From an uncultured bacterium (GTDB taxonomy: Bacteria > Planctomycetota > UBA1135 > GCA-002748355), in contig CALLZN010000288.1 in assembly GCA_937858895.1 (NCBI GenBank), forward strand, positions 6,074-70,073: DNA of 64,000 bases, given 5' to 3'. Position numbers and translations under genes: made by a program. Within the stretch, counting starts at the first letter, position 1. The number at the start of each line of letters is the position of its first letter. The notes under the pieces were generated by a model. The model worked only from the letters and a program-made list of their open reading frames with translations. It had not been told where the DNA came from and did no database searches. This document shows, piece by piece, positions 1 to 9,097 of the stretch.

Positions 1-550
1 ACGCGGAATGCCCTTCTTCGGCGCGGCGTACGCGCGAAGCGACCTGCACTTCGGAGGACAGCCATTCGATGACGGCACTCCTGTCGACCTCGCTGAGTTC
101 CGGCCCATCGTCGGGCGGCATCTCACCGTTGGTCAGAACCGAGAGGACCTCGAGCCAGCGCTCGACGTCCGGGCCGCGCACGAGATCGGGGTTCAGCTTG
201 TCGATGCGCACGTCGCCTTCTTGGGTGTCGGCGCCGTGACATTCGAAGCAGGTCTTCTCGAGGATGGGCGCGATGTGCTTGCGGAAGATCTCGAGCTTGG
301 GCGTTGGTGTTCCATCCTCGGCCGTCCGTCGCTCTTGATTCAGGTAGGTGGATCCCTTGGCCCCAAGGACTTTGAGTTCGTCGAGGCTCGGCTGCGTTGT
401 CTCCTTGGTGAACGGCGGCTTCGTGGCTTCACCGTCCTGTGCCAACAGGAGAACCGGGAAGGCGAAGACGCTCGCAACAGCAATCGCGAACGAGATCAGA
501 GAGCAGATCTGTAGCTGCCGAGAAGACGAGAATGGAAGCACGCGAGGCAT
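1..550 (-). CDS. Secreted CXXCH heme-binding protein of the planctomycete-type cytochrome c domain family (PSCyt/DUF1592-like). Only the 5' part is in the window.
   Basis: Absent from the ORF track because it has no stop in the window. Reverse-strand ATG at 548-550 gives MPRVLPFSSSRQLQICSLISFAIAVASVFAFPVLLLAQ (signal peptide), then FRKHIAPILEKTCFECHGADTQEGDVRIDKL and LTNGEMPP. The + ORF 8..514 is its antisense shadow. Confidence 0.6.
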   Translation of the reverse strand, partial: MPRVLPFSSSRQLQICSLISFAIAVASVFAFPVLLLAQDGEATKPPFTKETTQPSLDELKVLGAKGSTYLNQERRTAEDGTPTPKLEIFRKHIAPILEKTCFECHGADTQEGDVRIDKLNPDLVRGPDVERWLEVLSVLTNGEMPPDDGPELSEVDRSAVIEWLSSEVQVASRVRRAEEGHSA

Positions 551-574
551 GCTAGCCGAATCTCGCTGGGCGCG

Positions 575-2182
575 TTACTTCGCGAGGCGAGGGATGTTCT
601 CGATGCCGATCGGCTTGCGAGCTCGCGGCGCACTCCGGCCGCCCTCCTTCTTTGTTAGTGTCGCAAGGAGTGCCTGCATCGCGTCGCGCTTCTCCTCTTC
701 CTTGAAGTAGAGATTGCGCGTCTCGCCCGGGTCGTTCGCAAGATCGTAGAGCTGCCCCGGAGCCTCGAGCTCGGGCTCGGGCAACGCATATTGCTTCAGC
801 ACACCCTTCGTGTAGTCGTTGCCGCCCGACCCTGCATGGGCGAGGAACTTCCACTGGCCCTGGCGCACTTGAAATTCACCTCGAAAGCTCTGTGTGAGCA
901 TGTGCGGCCGCACGGCGTCGTCGTCGCTCTTCTGGCCGAGCATCACAGGCAACATGTCGAAACTATCGACCGCGTCGTCGTCGCCTAGTTCATGGCCGAC
1001 GACCGACGCGAGGGTCGCAAAGATATCGGTCGTGCTCGTCATCTGCGTGGAGACACGTCCCGCCGGAATGCGACCGGGCCACCGCACGAGGAAGGGCACA
1101 CGGTGTCCCCCTTCCCAGCCATCACGCTTCATTCCGCGCCAGCCGCCGGCCGCGTCGTGGTCGTGGTCTTGACGCATCCACACGGCATGTAGCGTCTCCG
1201 GACCGTTGTCCGAGTTGAAGAGTATCAACGTGTCTTCGTCGATACCGAGCTCGGCAACGGCATCGAGGACTCGCCCTGTGATCGTGTCGAGTTCGCGGAC
1301 GAAGTCGCCGCGCGCGCCGGCCTTGGTCGCGCCTTCGAAGCCCTGCGCCGGCAGCACGGGCGCGTGGCAGACCTGCGTCGACAGAAGCACGAAGAAGGGT
1401 TTGTCCGGCGTCTTCTCACGGTGGTCCTTGATGAACGCCAAGGTCTTGTCGAGGAAGAGCAGGTCCGCATCCACGAAACGGTAGCCTTCGGCCATCCAAC
1501 CCTCGTCGTTGTCCCAGCGCCACTTGCCGCCGGGGTTGGGCAAGGTCTTGGAACGGTGTCGACGACTGGCCGGCACCGGCACCATGCCATTTTCTATGTA
1601 AACGTAGAGCGGATCGGTCGTCGGACAATTGGGTGTGACGAACGACTCGTCGAAGCCGCGCGCGTTCGGACCATCGACGAGCGGCGTGCTCGACGCGTAG
1701 TCGATGAGCAAGGCATTCTCGAACCCGCCAGCGAGCTGCTTACCCGCCGCGTCGCGCCAGGTGAGGCCGACATGCCACTTGCCGAAGACCCCCGTGCGAT
1801 ACCCCTTGCGTCGGAGCATCTCGGCGATGGTCAGCGTCCCGGGTGCGAGGTAGCTCGGACCACCCGGACCCTCGAAGGCGCGCGAGCCACGCCCGGTTCG
1901 ACACAGCTGCTGGCCGGACAGGAGGCCATAGCGCGAAGGCGAGCAGATCGTGGACGGGCTGTGCGCATCCGTGAAGCGCATGCCCTCGGCCGCCATCGCG
2001 TCGAGCCGCTGTGTGCGATACGCGGCCTTCGGGTTGTAGCACGAGAGATCACCGTAGCCCAAGTCGTCGGCGTAGATGACGATGATGTTCGGCAGTGCCT
2101 GAGCGTAGGACTGAGCAGCGCAGAGCAGTCCAAACGCGACGAAGGCGAGGAGGACGGCGACGAGAAATCCACGAAGCGACAT
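575..2182 (-). CDS. Arylsulfatase (formylglycine-dependent, Cys-type)
   Basis: NIIVIYADDLGYGDLSCYN and the CSPSR (C-x-P-x-R) formylglycine motif. Signal peptide MSLRGFLVAVLLAFVAFGLLCAAQSYAQA begins at the ATG at 2182. The track ORF extends to 2212. Confidence 0.9.
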   Translation of the reverse strand: MSLRGFLVAVLLAFVAFGLLCAAQSYAQALPNIIVIYADDLGYGDLSCYNPKAAYRTQRLDAMAAEGMRFTDAHSPSTICSPSRYGLLSGQQLCRTGRGSRAFEGPGGPSYLAPGTLTIAEMLRRKGYRTGVFGKWHVGLTWRDAAGKQLAGGFENALLIDYASSTPLVDGPNARGFDESFVTPNCPTTDPLYVYIENGMVPVPASRRHRSKTLPNPGGKWRWDNDEGWMAEGYRFVDADLLFLDKTLAFIKDHREKTPDKPFFVLLSTQVCHAPVLPAQGFEGATKAGARGDFVRELDTITGRVLDAVAELGIDEDTLILFNSDNGPETLHAVWMRQDHDHDAAGGWRGMKRDGWEGGHRVPFLVRWPGRIPAGRVSTQMTSTTDIFATLASVVGHELGDDDAVDSFDMLPVMLGQKSDDDAVRPHMLTQSFRGEFQVRQGQWKFLAHAGSGGNDYTKGVLKQYALPEPELEAPGQLYDLANDPGETRNLYFKEEEKRDAMQALLATLTKKEGGRSAPRARKPIGIENIPRLAK

Positions 2183-2196
2183 GGCAGGCGACAGCC

Positions 2197-3711
2197 TCAA
2201 GAAGCAGGACAAGCTGCGCAGACCTCTTCGACGAAACGATCGACCGCCGCCTGCACCGGTCCAGCCGGACCGACGAAGTCATTGACGAGGATCGAAAACA
2301 CGAGCGGCGCGGCCTTCCCGCGCGGCACGTAACCCGACAGGCCGACCGTGCGGCTCACGAAGCCGGTCTTTGCCCGCACGCGACCGCGCGCGACGCTCGA
2401 GCCAGCAAAGCGACGACGCAAAGTCCCGTCGACGCCTGCAAGCGGCAGCGAATCCAAGTAGACCTCGAAGTTGGGGCTGCCCTGCATGCCGTGCAGCAGC
2501 GTCGCGAGTTGGCGCGGCGCCACCATGTTGAGTCGACTCAAACCCGACCCGTCCGCGAGCACGAGGCGCCGCGTGTCGACGCCGAGGCGCGCGAGCTCGG
2601 TGCGAGCGACTTCACGAGCACCCGCCATCGAGCCGGGCTTCTTGCGAGCGCGCGCGGCGGCGCGCGGCAACTGTTCGGCGTAGAGATTCTGGCTGCGCTT
2701 GTTCAAGGCCCTGACGATGACCGCAAGCTGTGGCGAGCGGTGCTCAGCGAGGAGCACGCGAGGCGCTTGCGCCGGCGGGGCTTCGACCTCGTCGAGGTCG
2801 GCGACCCCAGCGTCGACAGCGATGCCGTGCCGCACCAAGGTTTCGCGCAGTACGGTCGCGGCAAAGGCCGTCGGGTTGTGCACGCTTCCCGAGTCACGCA
2901 GGCTGCGCGTGGCAGAAGAGAGCGACCCCGTGAGCACGATGTGGTTGCCGCCAAGCCTTCGTGACCACGTGACGCCGCGCGGCGCGGTCCCCGCCGACGA
3001 CTCAGATCCCGGCGCCTCGACGCAGCGCACGCGGTTCTCGATCTGCACGTACCGCGTCGCAGGCTCGAAGCGCAAGCGCGCGAGCTGCCCGCCGGCCGTG
3101 CCATCGAAGACGACGTCGATGCAGTTCTCGTTGAAGCAGAGACCGCCGACCTGCGCCGCATACCAATCCGCGTGGTAGGACCAGTCCCAGCCGAGGCCCA
3201 TGACTTCGTCGGGCTGGCACGAGTCATCGCCGATCACGCGCCCCGTGATGCGCTTGATGCCACGCTTCTCGAGCTCGGCCGCCATGCGCACGAAGGGAGC
3301 CGTGGGACCCGCCTTCTCGAAGATCGCAGCCCCCAAGGTCGGGTCGCCATCACCGACGAGGACGAGGTCGCCAACGAAAGTCCCGTCAGCTTGCAAGGCG
3401 CCCGCCCCCTCGAGGCGCGTCACGAAGACATGGTCGCGGCCAAGGACCTCGAGGGCGACGGCGCTCGAAATGAGCTTCATGTTGGACGCCGTGATGAAGC
3501 CTTCGTCTGGGCGCGCCTCTGCGAGTACGCGCGTACTGCCGGGTTCGAAGACGACGACCCCGACCCGAGCTCCGTCGAGGGCGGAGACTGCGAGCAAGCG
3601 CGTGAGGGCCGCGCCGATCGCTTCTCCATCCACGGCTTGAGCACGCAGCCCGGCGGTGCAAGCCGCGAGGAACGCGATGACGAAGACGCTGCCGATCCGT
3701 TGCATGCTCAT
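2197..3711 (-). CDS. dacB: D-alanyl-D-alanine carboxypeptidase/endopeptidase (PBP4, peptidase S13)
   Basis: SxxK motif in ITASNMKLISSAVALEVLG. Signal peptide MSMQRIGSVFVIAFLAACTAGLRAQ starts at the ATG at 3711, which overlaps the upstream stop as ATGA. The Arg-rich extension to 3981 was rejected. Confidence 0.85.
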   Translation of the reverse strand: MSMQRIGSVFVIAFLAACTAGLRAQAVDGEAIGAALTRLLAVSALDGARVGVVVFEPGSTRVLAEARPDEGFITASNMKLISSAVALEVLGRDHVFVTRLEGAGALQADGTFVGDLVLVGDGDPTLGAAIFEKAGPTAPFVRMAAELEKRGIKRITGRVIGDDSCQPDEVMGLGWDWSYHADWYAAQVGGLCFNENCIDVVFDGTAGGQLARLRFEPATRYVQIENRVRCVEAPGSESSAGTAPRGVTWSRRLGGNHIVLTGSLSSATRSLRDSGSVHNPTAFAATVLRETLVRHGIAVDAGVADLDEVEAPPAQAPRVLLAEHRSPQLAVIVRALNKRSQNLYAEQLPRAAARARKKPGSMAGAREVARTELARLGVDTRRLVLADGSGLSRLNMVAPRQLATLLHGMQGSPNFEVYLDSLPLAGVDGTLRRRFAGSSVARGRVRAKTGFVSRTVGLSGYVPRGKAAPLVFSILVNDFVGPAGPVQAAVDRFVEEVCAACPAS

Positions 3712-4967
3712 AGCATGCCCGCGCGATCGCGGATCACCTCGTGCAAGTCTCGCAGCAGGTCCGCTTCTCGCGGGGCCAGGGCCGCATCGACAGCGACGGC
3801 GTCCGCAGCCGACATCGCGCCCTCGGAGAAGCGAATGCCGTCGACGGCGCAGAAGATCGCCGCGACGGGCGTCGTTCCGGGCGGCTTGGCGGGGACGACG
3901 GCTTGCTCCTTCTTCACGCGGTGCACGAGCCCGGCATCCGCCAAGATCTGAGCGATCTCGTCGACACGGCGACGTGGCCAACGACTGGCCCCCGCGAAGT
4001 CGGCGAGCGCCAGCGCCTTGCCGCTTTCGAACTCGTCGAGGGCTCCGCGAAAGAGCCCGAGCGCGAGGCGGCGGCGCTGGTCCGGCGTCCAGATGCGGTC
4101 CGCCTTCTTGCTGTGCATCGTGATGCGATTCTGGAGGACGTAGCAGAACTCAGCACCCCAGAGCACGATGGACCAAGAGAGATAGAGGTAGAAGAGCAAG
4201 AAGGGCAGCAGCGCGAGCGAACCGTAGATCGCGTTGTTGCGACTGATGCCGATCTGCGCGTGGAGGAAGCTCGACTGCGCCACATACCAACTCGTGCCCG
4301 CGAGGATGCCCGCGGTCGACGCAGGACCCCAGGCGACCGTGACGTTGGGCATGACCTTGTAGACGAGCGTCAACGCGAGCCAGATCATCGCCATCGGCAC
4401 GAGATCGAGGCCCGACCGCACGATTTGGCCGAGCAAGGGCACCGACGTGATGAAGCCACCGAGCGTCACCACCGTCTCGAGCGCCGTCGCCGCGAGCACG
4501 AGCAGCGGGACGAGGAAGAGCATCGCGACGTAGTCGGCGTAGCGGCGCGCAAAGGTCCGCGAACGACCGGCTTGCCAAGTCGCGTTGAGGGCGTGCTCGA
4601 CGCGCGCGAGCAGCGACAGGACGACCCAGACGAAGAGCAGCAGACCGAAGGCGCCGAGGAGCTCGATACGCACGTTCTCGACGAGGTCGAGCACGGTCTC
4701 TTTGACGAGCACGAGCTGCTCGGACGACCCGACCACGTTCGCGTCGACCCACGCTCGAAACTGCTCTTTGACGCCGAAGGCACTCGCGATCAACAGCACG
4801 ACGGTCAGGCCGGGCACGAGCGACATCAGGGTCAAGTAGGTGAGTCCGCCGGCGCGTAAGCTGCCTTGGTCGTCGAGGTAGCGACGCAGAGAGACCCAGA
4901 CAGAACGCAAGAAGCGCCAGCCGAAGGCGCGCACGCGCCGTTTCCAGCCTCGCAGCCGAGCATTCAT
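3708..4967 (-). CDS. YihY/BrkB-family inner membrane protein with a C-terminal extension of about 120 aa
   Basis: LRAGGLTYLTLMSLVPGLTVVLLIASAFG plus multiple hydrophobic segments. ATGA overlaps at both ends (4964-4967 and 3708-3711). Confidence 0.8.
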   Translation of the reverse strand: MNARLRGWKRRVRAFGWRFLRSVWVSLRRYLDDQGSLRAGGLTYLTLMSLVPGLTVVLLIASAFGVKEQFRAWVDANVVGSSEQLVLVKETVLDLVENVRIELLGAFGLLLFVWVVLSLLARVEHALNATWQAGRSRTFARRYADYVAMLFLVPLLVLAATALETVVTLGGFITSVPLLGQIVRSGLDLVPMAMIWLALTLVYKVMPNVTVAWGPASTAGILAGTSWYVAQSSFLHAQIGISRNNAIYGSLALLPFLLFYLYLSWSIVLWGAEFCYVLQNRITMHSKKADRIWTPDQRRRLALGLFRGALDEFESGKALALADFAGASRWPRRRVDEIAQILADAGLVHRVKKEQAVVPAKPPGTTPVAAIFCAVDGIRFSEGAMSAADAVAVDAALAPREADLLRDLHEVIRDRAGML

Positions 4968-5545
4968 CGCTGCGCCACCTCGGCCGCCGGCGGACCGTCG
5001 CCGGCCAAGTAGCGGTCGAGGTAGGCAAGCGCTGCGATCGACTGCCCGTCCCCGAGTCCGTCATCACCGGGCGGACCGAGAATGCGTCGACGGGCCTCAT
5101 CCAGCGTCACGACATCGACTTCGATGGCCTCGGAGGCCTCGAGCTGCTGGTCACCGGCTTCGAGTTCGCGCGCCAAGAACACGTGGCAGACCTCGTTCGA
5201 CACGCCCTTGTAGGGCGCGAAGGCGCCGATGTGCTCCCAGCGAGAAGCGCGGTAGCCGGACTCCTCGGCGAGCTCCTTCTTCGCGACCTCGAGTGCATCC
5301 TCGCCGGGCGCGATGCCGCCGATCGGGAACTCCCAAACCTTGCGGCGCAGGAGGTAGCGTTCGACCTCGACGACGACGACATCGCCATTCGCGAGCATCG
5401 GCACGACGAGCGAAGAGCCAGCCATGTCGATGTAGTAGTACTCGCCTTCCGACCGATCTCGCTGCGCGTAGCGATCGAGGCAGTAGCGGTGCCACGGATT
5501 GTCGACGAGGACGCGGCTCGAGATTCGCTCGAAGGGTCTGGGCAT
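4964..5545 (-). CDS. NUDIX hydrolase
   Basis: Nudix box GGIAPGEDALEVAKKELAEESG. ATG at 5545 (MPRPFERISS...) overlaps the upstream TGA by 1 nt. The longer ORF to 5983 was rejected. Confidence 0.85.
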   Translation of the reverse strand: MPRPFERISSRVLVDNPWHRYCLDRYAQRDRSEGEYYYIDMAGSSLVVPMLANGDVVVVEVERYLLRRKVWEFPIGGIAPGEDALEVAKKELAEESGYRASRWEHIGAFAPYKGVSNEVCHVFLARELEAGDQQLEASEAIEVDVVTLDEARRRILGPPGDDGLGDGQSIAALAYLDRYLAGDGPPAAEVAQR

Positions 5546-7308
5546 CAATGTCCGGTCGTGACCGTCATGAGTCGCGAGATCCCAACCGGGAAGGACGACA
5601 GCAAGAACGGATCGAAGTCGAGGATCTGAAAGTGCAGATCGACCCCGACGCCTGTCGGAATGCACGGCAGAGGAAGCACGAGCTTGGCATCGCCTGCCGG
5701 ATCCGCACGGACAGCATAGAACTCGATCGGGTCGAAGTAGAGCAGACAACCGCTGCGCGCGCCCACCGCCACGAGGTCGAGCGGCGACGCGAAGCGCTGG
5801 ACCCCGAGCATCCAAATGCTCGCTCCGCTCGGCACGAGCCCCCAACCCTCGACGGCGAAGTCGTTGCGACCCGGCATCGCAGGCACGAGCGTCCGCGCTT
5901 GCGGAAGCCCTCGCGAAGTCGCGAGCCCGACGCCAGACCATGTGACCTTCGCAGAGTTCTTGCTGATCCGCAGGCGGTCGCAAGTGAAGGGACGCTGCTG
6001 CGCCGGGTTGGCGATGCGCTCGCGATAGGCGATGTAGACACCGCCGAGGGCAGGTTGCGAGAGCTTGCCCCCGATGTGCACGCCGTCGCCGCAGCCGTAG
6101 CTACCGCCGAACCAAGCTTCCACGACATCGCCTCGCAACTCGAGGCGCACACGCTGCCAGCCCTGGTCGACCTGCGGTCGCAAAGCGATTTTGCCGAGGA
6201 CGCGGGGCGCGCTGCGCGCGTTGGCGCCCCAGGCGCCGTCGCCATGGTCGACGAGATAGAGGGTCGCACCGACATCGTCGGCCTCGTAGGTGAGCGAGAC
6301 CCCGGTGTTGCCGTTGGCGACGGACTGGGGTTGTGTGCCCGATACGTCAGCGAACTCGAAGTAGCTGCCGGTCCCACCCTGGGCACCGATGGACCACGTC
6401 GCGCGATCGGCGAGGGCGAGCGGCGAAGCCTCGATCCAGACCCAAGCCTCGATGACGACGTCCCGCACACCGTCCGCGAGCAGCATCGTCATGTTGCCGC
6501 CACCCTGCGCATCCCAGAAGACCGCCGCGTTGCCCCCCTGAGGTGAAGCTGGCACGACGCTCGGGTTGTTCGCATCGACCGTTTGAGGATCGATGACCAC
6601 AGGGAGCGCAAAGCTGCCCCCCCACTCGGCGAGTGTCGCGCCGACAGTCAAGCTATCGAAGCCTTCGTCGATCTCGCGCGGCGCGAGGTCGTTGCTCGCC
6701 CCAGGCGTCGCTGGAGCGATGCGGAAGTCGCGAGCGTTCCTCGTGTCGTAGCCATCACGAATGCGCGACCAAGAAGTCCGCCGCGCGTCGCGGCTCACGA
6801 AGTCGGGCCAGATCCCTTCGTCGATCGGCGAGCCGACACGCCACTTCGAGCGCCAGGCCTCGTAGACGACGCTGTCGACGAGCTTCGACTGCGCATCGAC
6901 GAGCTTCAACGCCGCTTGTGCGTTGTCCCAGATGTCCGTCGTGCCGACGACTTGGTCGACGCGCGGCACGGCCGCCGAGCCGAGCACATAATGCGCACCT
7001 GGCGCGATGCGCGCGCCCGAAGGCAGAACGAAGCTCGAGCGCGGCCCGATCGGATCCTCGCTCTCGAGGCGCCAACCCGATAGGTCGACGGTCGTGCGCG
7101 AGGCGTTGTAGAGCTCGACGAACTCGCCATCATCGACGCCTTCGTCGTCGTAGAGGAACTCGTTGATCACGACACCGCTTGCGTGCTGGGCACAAAGCGA
7201 CGTCGGTCGAGCGAGGAAGAAGGTCGTAGCCACCAAGATCAGGAAGCACGACGAACGAGAGTAGCGAGGCAGGCAGGCAGTCACGGCGCGACCAGGATAG
7301 CAGCGCAT
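5545..7308 (-). CDS. Secreted lamin-tail-domain (LTD) protein
   Basis: N-terminal hydrophobic signal, then VINEFLYDDEGVDDGEFVELYNASRTTVDLSGWRL (LTD signature). ATG at 7306-7308; the track start at 7311 is TTG. Confidence 0.7.
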   Translation of the reverse strand: MRCYPGRAVTACLPRYSRSSCFLILVATTFFLARPTSLCAQHASGVVINEFLYDDEGVDDGEFVELYNASRTTVDLSGWRLESEDPIGPRSSFVLPSGARIAPGAHYVLGSAAVPRVDQVVGTTDIWDNAQAALKLVDAQSKLVDSVVYEAWRSKWRVGSPIDEGIWPDFVSRDARRTSWSRIRDGYDTRNARDFRIAPATPGASNDLAPREIDEGFDSLTVGATLAEWGGSFALPVVIDPQTVDANNPSVVPASPQGGNAAVFWDAQGGGNMTMLLADGVRDVVIEAWVWIEASPLALADRATWSIGAQGGTGSYFEFADVSGTQPQSVANGNTGVSLTYEADDVGATLYLVDHGDGAWGANARSAPRVLGKIALRPQVDQGWQRVRLELRGDVVEAWFGGSYGCGDGVHIGGKLSQPALGGVYIAYRERIANPAQQRPFTCDRLRISKNSAKVTWSGVGLATSRGLPQARTLVPAMPGRNDFAVEGWGLVPSGASIWMLGVQRFASPLDLVAVGARSGCLLYFDPIEFYAVRADPAGDAKLVLPLPCIPTGVGVDLHFQILDFDPFLLSSFPVGISRLMTVTTGH

Positions 7309-7597
7309 CAACAGCGCAACGCCACGCGACCGCGGGTCGCGCTCCGCTTCACGATCCCTTGATCCGGATAGCGACGCAGGCCGAGGCTAGGCTTCGCAGC
7401 GCGAGCAGCGCGCCCATGCCATGGTCGCTGGCCGCGCCGTCGTCAGGTCCCGAGGCGAGCGAAGGCCAGGCCGTTGCCGTGGTAGAAGCGCTAGAAACGT
7501 GGTTTGTCTTGTCGAGGTCGAGCTGAGTTTCTCTTGTTCGCTCCTTCGTTGATGCAGACGCGTGAAGTCGCGAGTCCACGCTCGGTGTCCAACACGG

Positions 7598-9097
7598 TCA
7601 CAGCTGCCGGAGGACAGAGCAGCGCGGCTCGCGGATGTCGAGGACTTCCTCGACCTCGCTACCGTCGACGTAGCGCACCTTGAGCAGGTGCCGGCCCAAG
7701 GCCATCACGACGGTAGCTTCCAGGAGGCTTTCGAGCTCATCGCTCGATCGCGGACGAAGCTTCAGCACGACGTTCTCTGCTGCGGTGCCAATCGTGCAGT
7801 GGTCCACGCGTTGTGGCGGAGCATTCGTTGCGCGGAACGTGACGTGGACGATTGAGGCCCGAACCATGTCGGCATCGACCTGCCCGTCTGGAGCAACGAC
7901 CGCGCGCGAGATCCACGACTGTCCTCGAGCATGAGCGAGGATGCGGATGTGCCGACCAAAGTTCGCAACCCGTGCCCGCGGTTGGTGCCAAGTCGGGCGC
8001 CCCAAGGGCAGGGTACCTGGCTCTTCGTCGACAACGGCCTCGCCGTCGATGCGCGCGTCGACACGTAGAGGGCAGTCGAGCAGGCGAATGCCGACGAGTG
8101 CGACTTCGATCGCCTCGTCCGTCTCGCGAAACTCCATGGCAAATCGATTGCTCTGCCGCTCTTCGACGACGAACGATGCGGGCTCGGCTCTCGCGCTACC
8201 AAGCTCGCAGAACATCACGTCGTACACGTCAGGCGGCAAACGCCCCTCCCTCGTGCCGCTGTCGCTGTCACGCGGCAAGATGCCAAGACTGAAGCGTGTG
8301 CCGCTACGACGACCGCGCACAAAGCAGAACTGAGGCCCGACGAGAAAGGCCCCCGTCCGACGCATCGAATACTGCACTTCACATGGCAGGGCTGCACTCG
8401 GTTCGAAGAGCACCAGCGTATCGCTCTCCATCCGATACGGATACTGTTGCAGCTCACTCGACTTCTCATGCCCTTCAAAGCCTGCCTGCGGCACGAGGCT
8501 GATCAATCCGGCGCTGCTGCCAGTCCACTGCCAATACCCGGGGAGGTCATGCCCAGCCGGAGTCTCGCGGCGACGCAGCAGAACCGAGTCGTCGCGATAC
8601 GTGTAGTCGAAGCGCGGCGGTGTTGCATCCGACGTCGAGACGAAGTGCGCGACCGAAGCGCGCTCGAGATGCAAGCATGCAGGTCCACTCGCTGCATCGA
8701 TCACGTAGTAGCGCGTCGCCACACGCGACTCGGAGAGGAAGACCGAGAGCCAGAGCCGCTCCGTCGTCGGCGCCTCGAACTCCCACGTTCCACCTCCGTC
8801 ACGAGACCGTGCCTCGACGAAGGACTTTGCGCGAACGGACGCAAGTACGTTGCCTGGGTCGATACCGCGGACGTGGACCGCACGCGGCTGCAGTCCGCCG
8901 CTGAAGGTACAACGGACCCTTGTCAAAACTTCACTCCTGCGGCCGTCCAACGCCACCGCAGGTGTGGATCTACGGGGTTGCGACGGGGTCAGGGCATCGC
9001 TCGAGTTCGCGACACGCGACCCGCCCCGCCAGCAGTAAGCGACGCAAACGAGCGCGCAGGCGACAATGCCGCTCCCGAGAGCGTAACGCGACCTCAC
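7598..9097 (-). CDS. Hypothetical membrane-anchored protein with no recognisable domain
   Basis: In-frame GTG at 9095-9097 overlaps the Kelch gene stop (GTGA). It is followed by the hydrophobic anchor ALGSGIVACALVCVAYCW. The track ORF start at 9418 (TTG) would overlap the upstream gene by 325 nt. Confidence 0.45.
   Translation of the reverse strand: MRSRYALGSGIVACALVCVAYCWRGGSRVANSSDALTPSQPRRSTPAVALDGRRSEVLTRVRCTFSGGLQPRAVHVRGIDPGNVLASVRAKSFVEARSRDGGGTWEFEAPTTERLWLSVFLSESRVATRYYVIDAASGPACLHLERASVAHFVSTSDATPPRFDYTYRDDSVLLRRRETPAGHDLPGYWQWTGSSAGLISLVPQAGFEGHEKSSELQQYPYRMESDTLVLFEPSAALPCEVQYSMRRTGAFLVGPQFCFVRGRRSGTRFSLGILPRDSDSGTREGRLPPDVYDVMFCELGSARAEPASFVVEERQSNRFAMEFRETDEAIEVALVGIRLLDCPLRVDARIDGEAVVDEEPGTLPLGRPTWHQPRARVANFGRHIRILAHARGQSWISRAVVAPDGQVDADMVRASIVHVTFRATNAPPQRVDHCTIGTAAENVVLKLRPRSSDELESLLEATVVMALGRHLLKVRYVDGSEVEEVLDIREPRCSVLRQL

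Noticed and set aside
8-514. 168-aa + strand ORF at the window start.
   Set aside because: It is antisense to a better-supported minus-strand gene that has a signal peptide and a CFECH heme motif. The ORF track missed that gene because it runs off the window.
2197-3981. Long N-terminal extensions of track ORFs: dacB to 3981, modA to 29580, meaB to 17857, the NUDIX gene to 5983, the YdbT-like gene to 32800, hldE to 61134, thiolase to 20938.
   Set aside because: The extensions are Arg/Pro-rich and overlap the upstream genes. Internal starts give proper signal peptides or family-typical N-termini, often with ATGA/GTGA stop-start overlaps.
7349-7579. 76-aa minus-strand ORF in the 286-nt gap between the orphan gene and the LTD gene.
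   Set aside because: No RBS, mixed codon usage with many A/T-ending codons in the first half, and no motif. Most likely non-coding spacer or promoter region.
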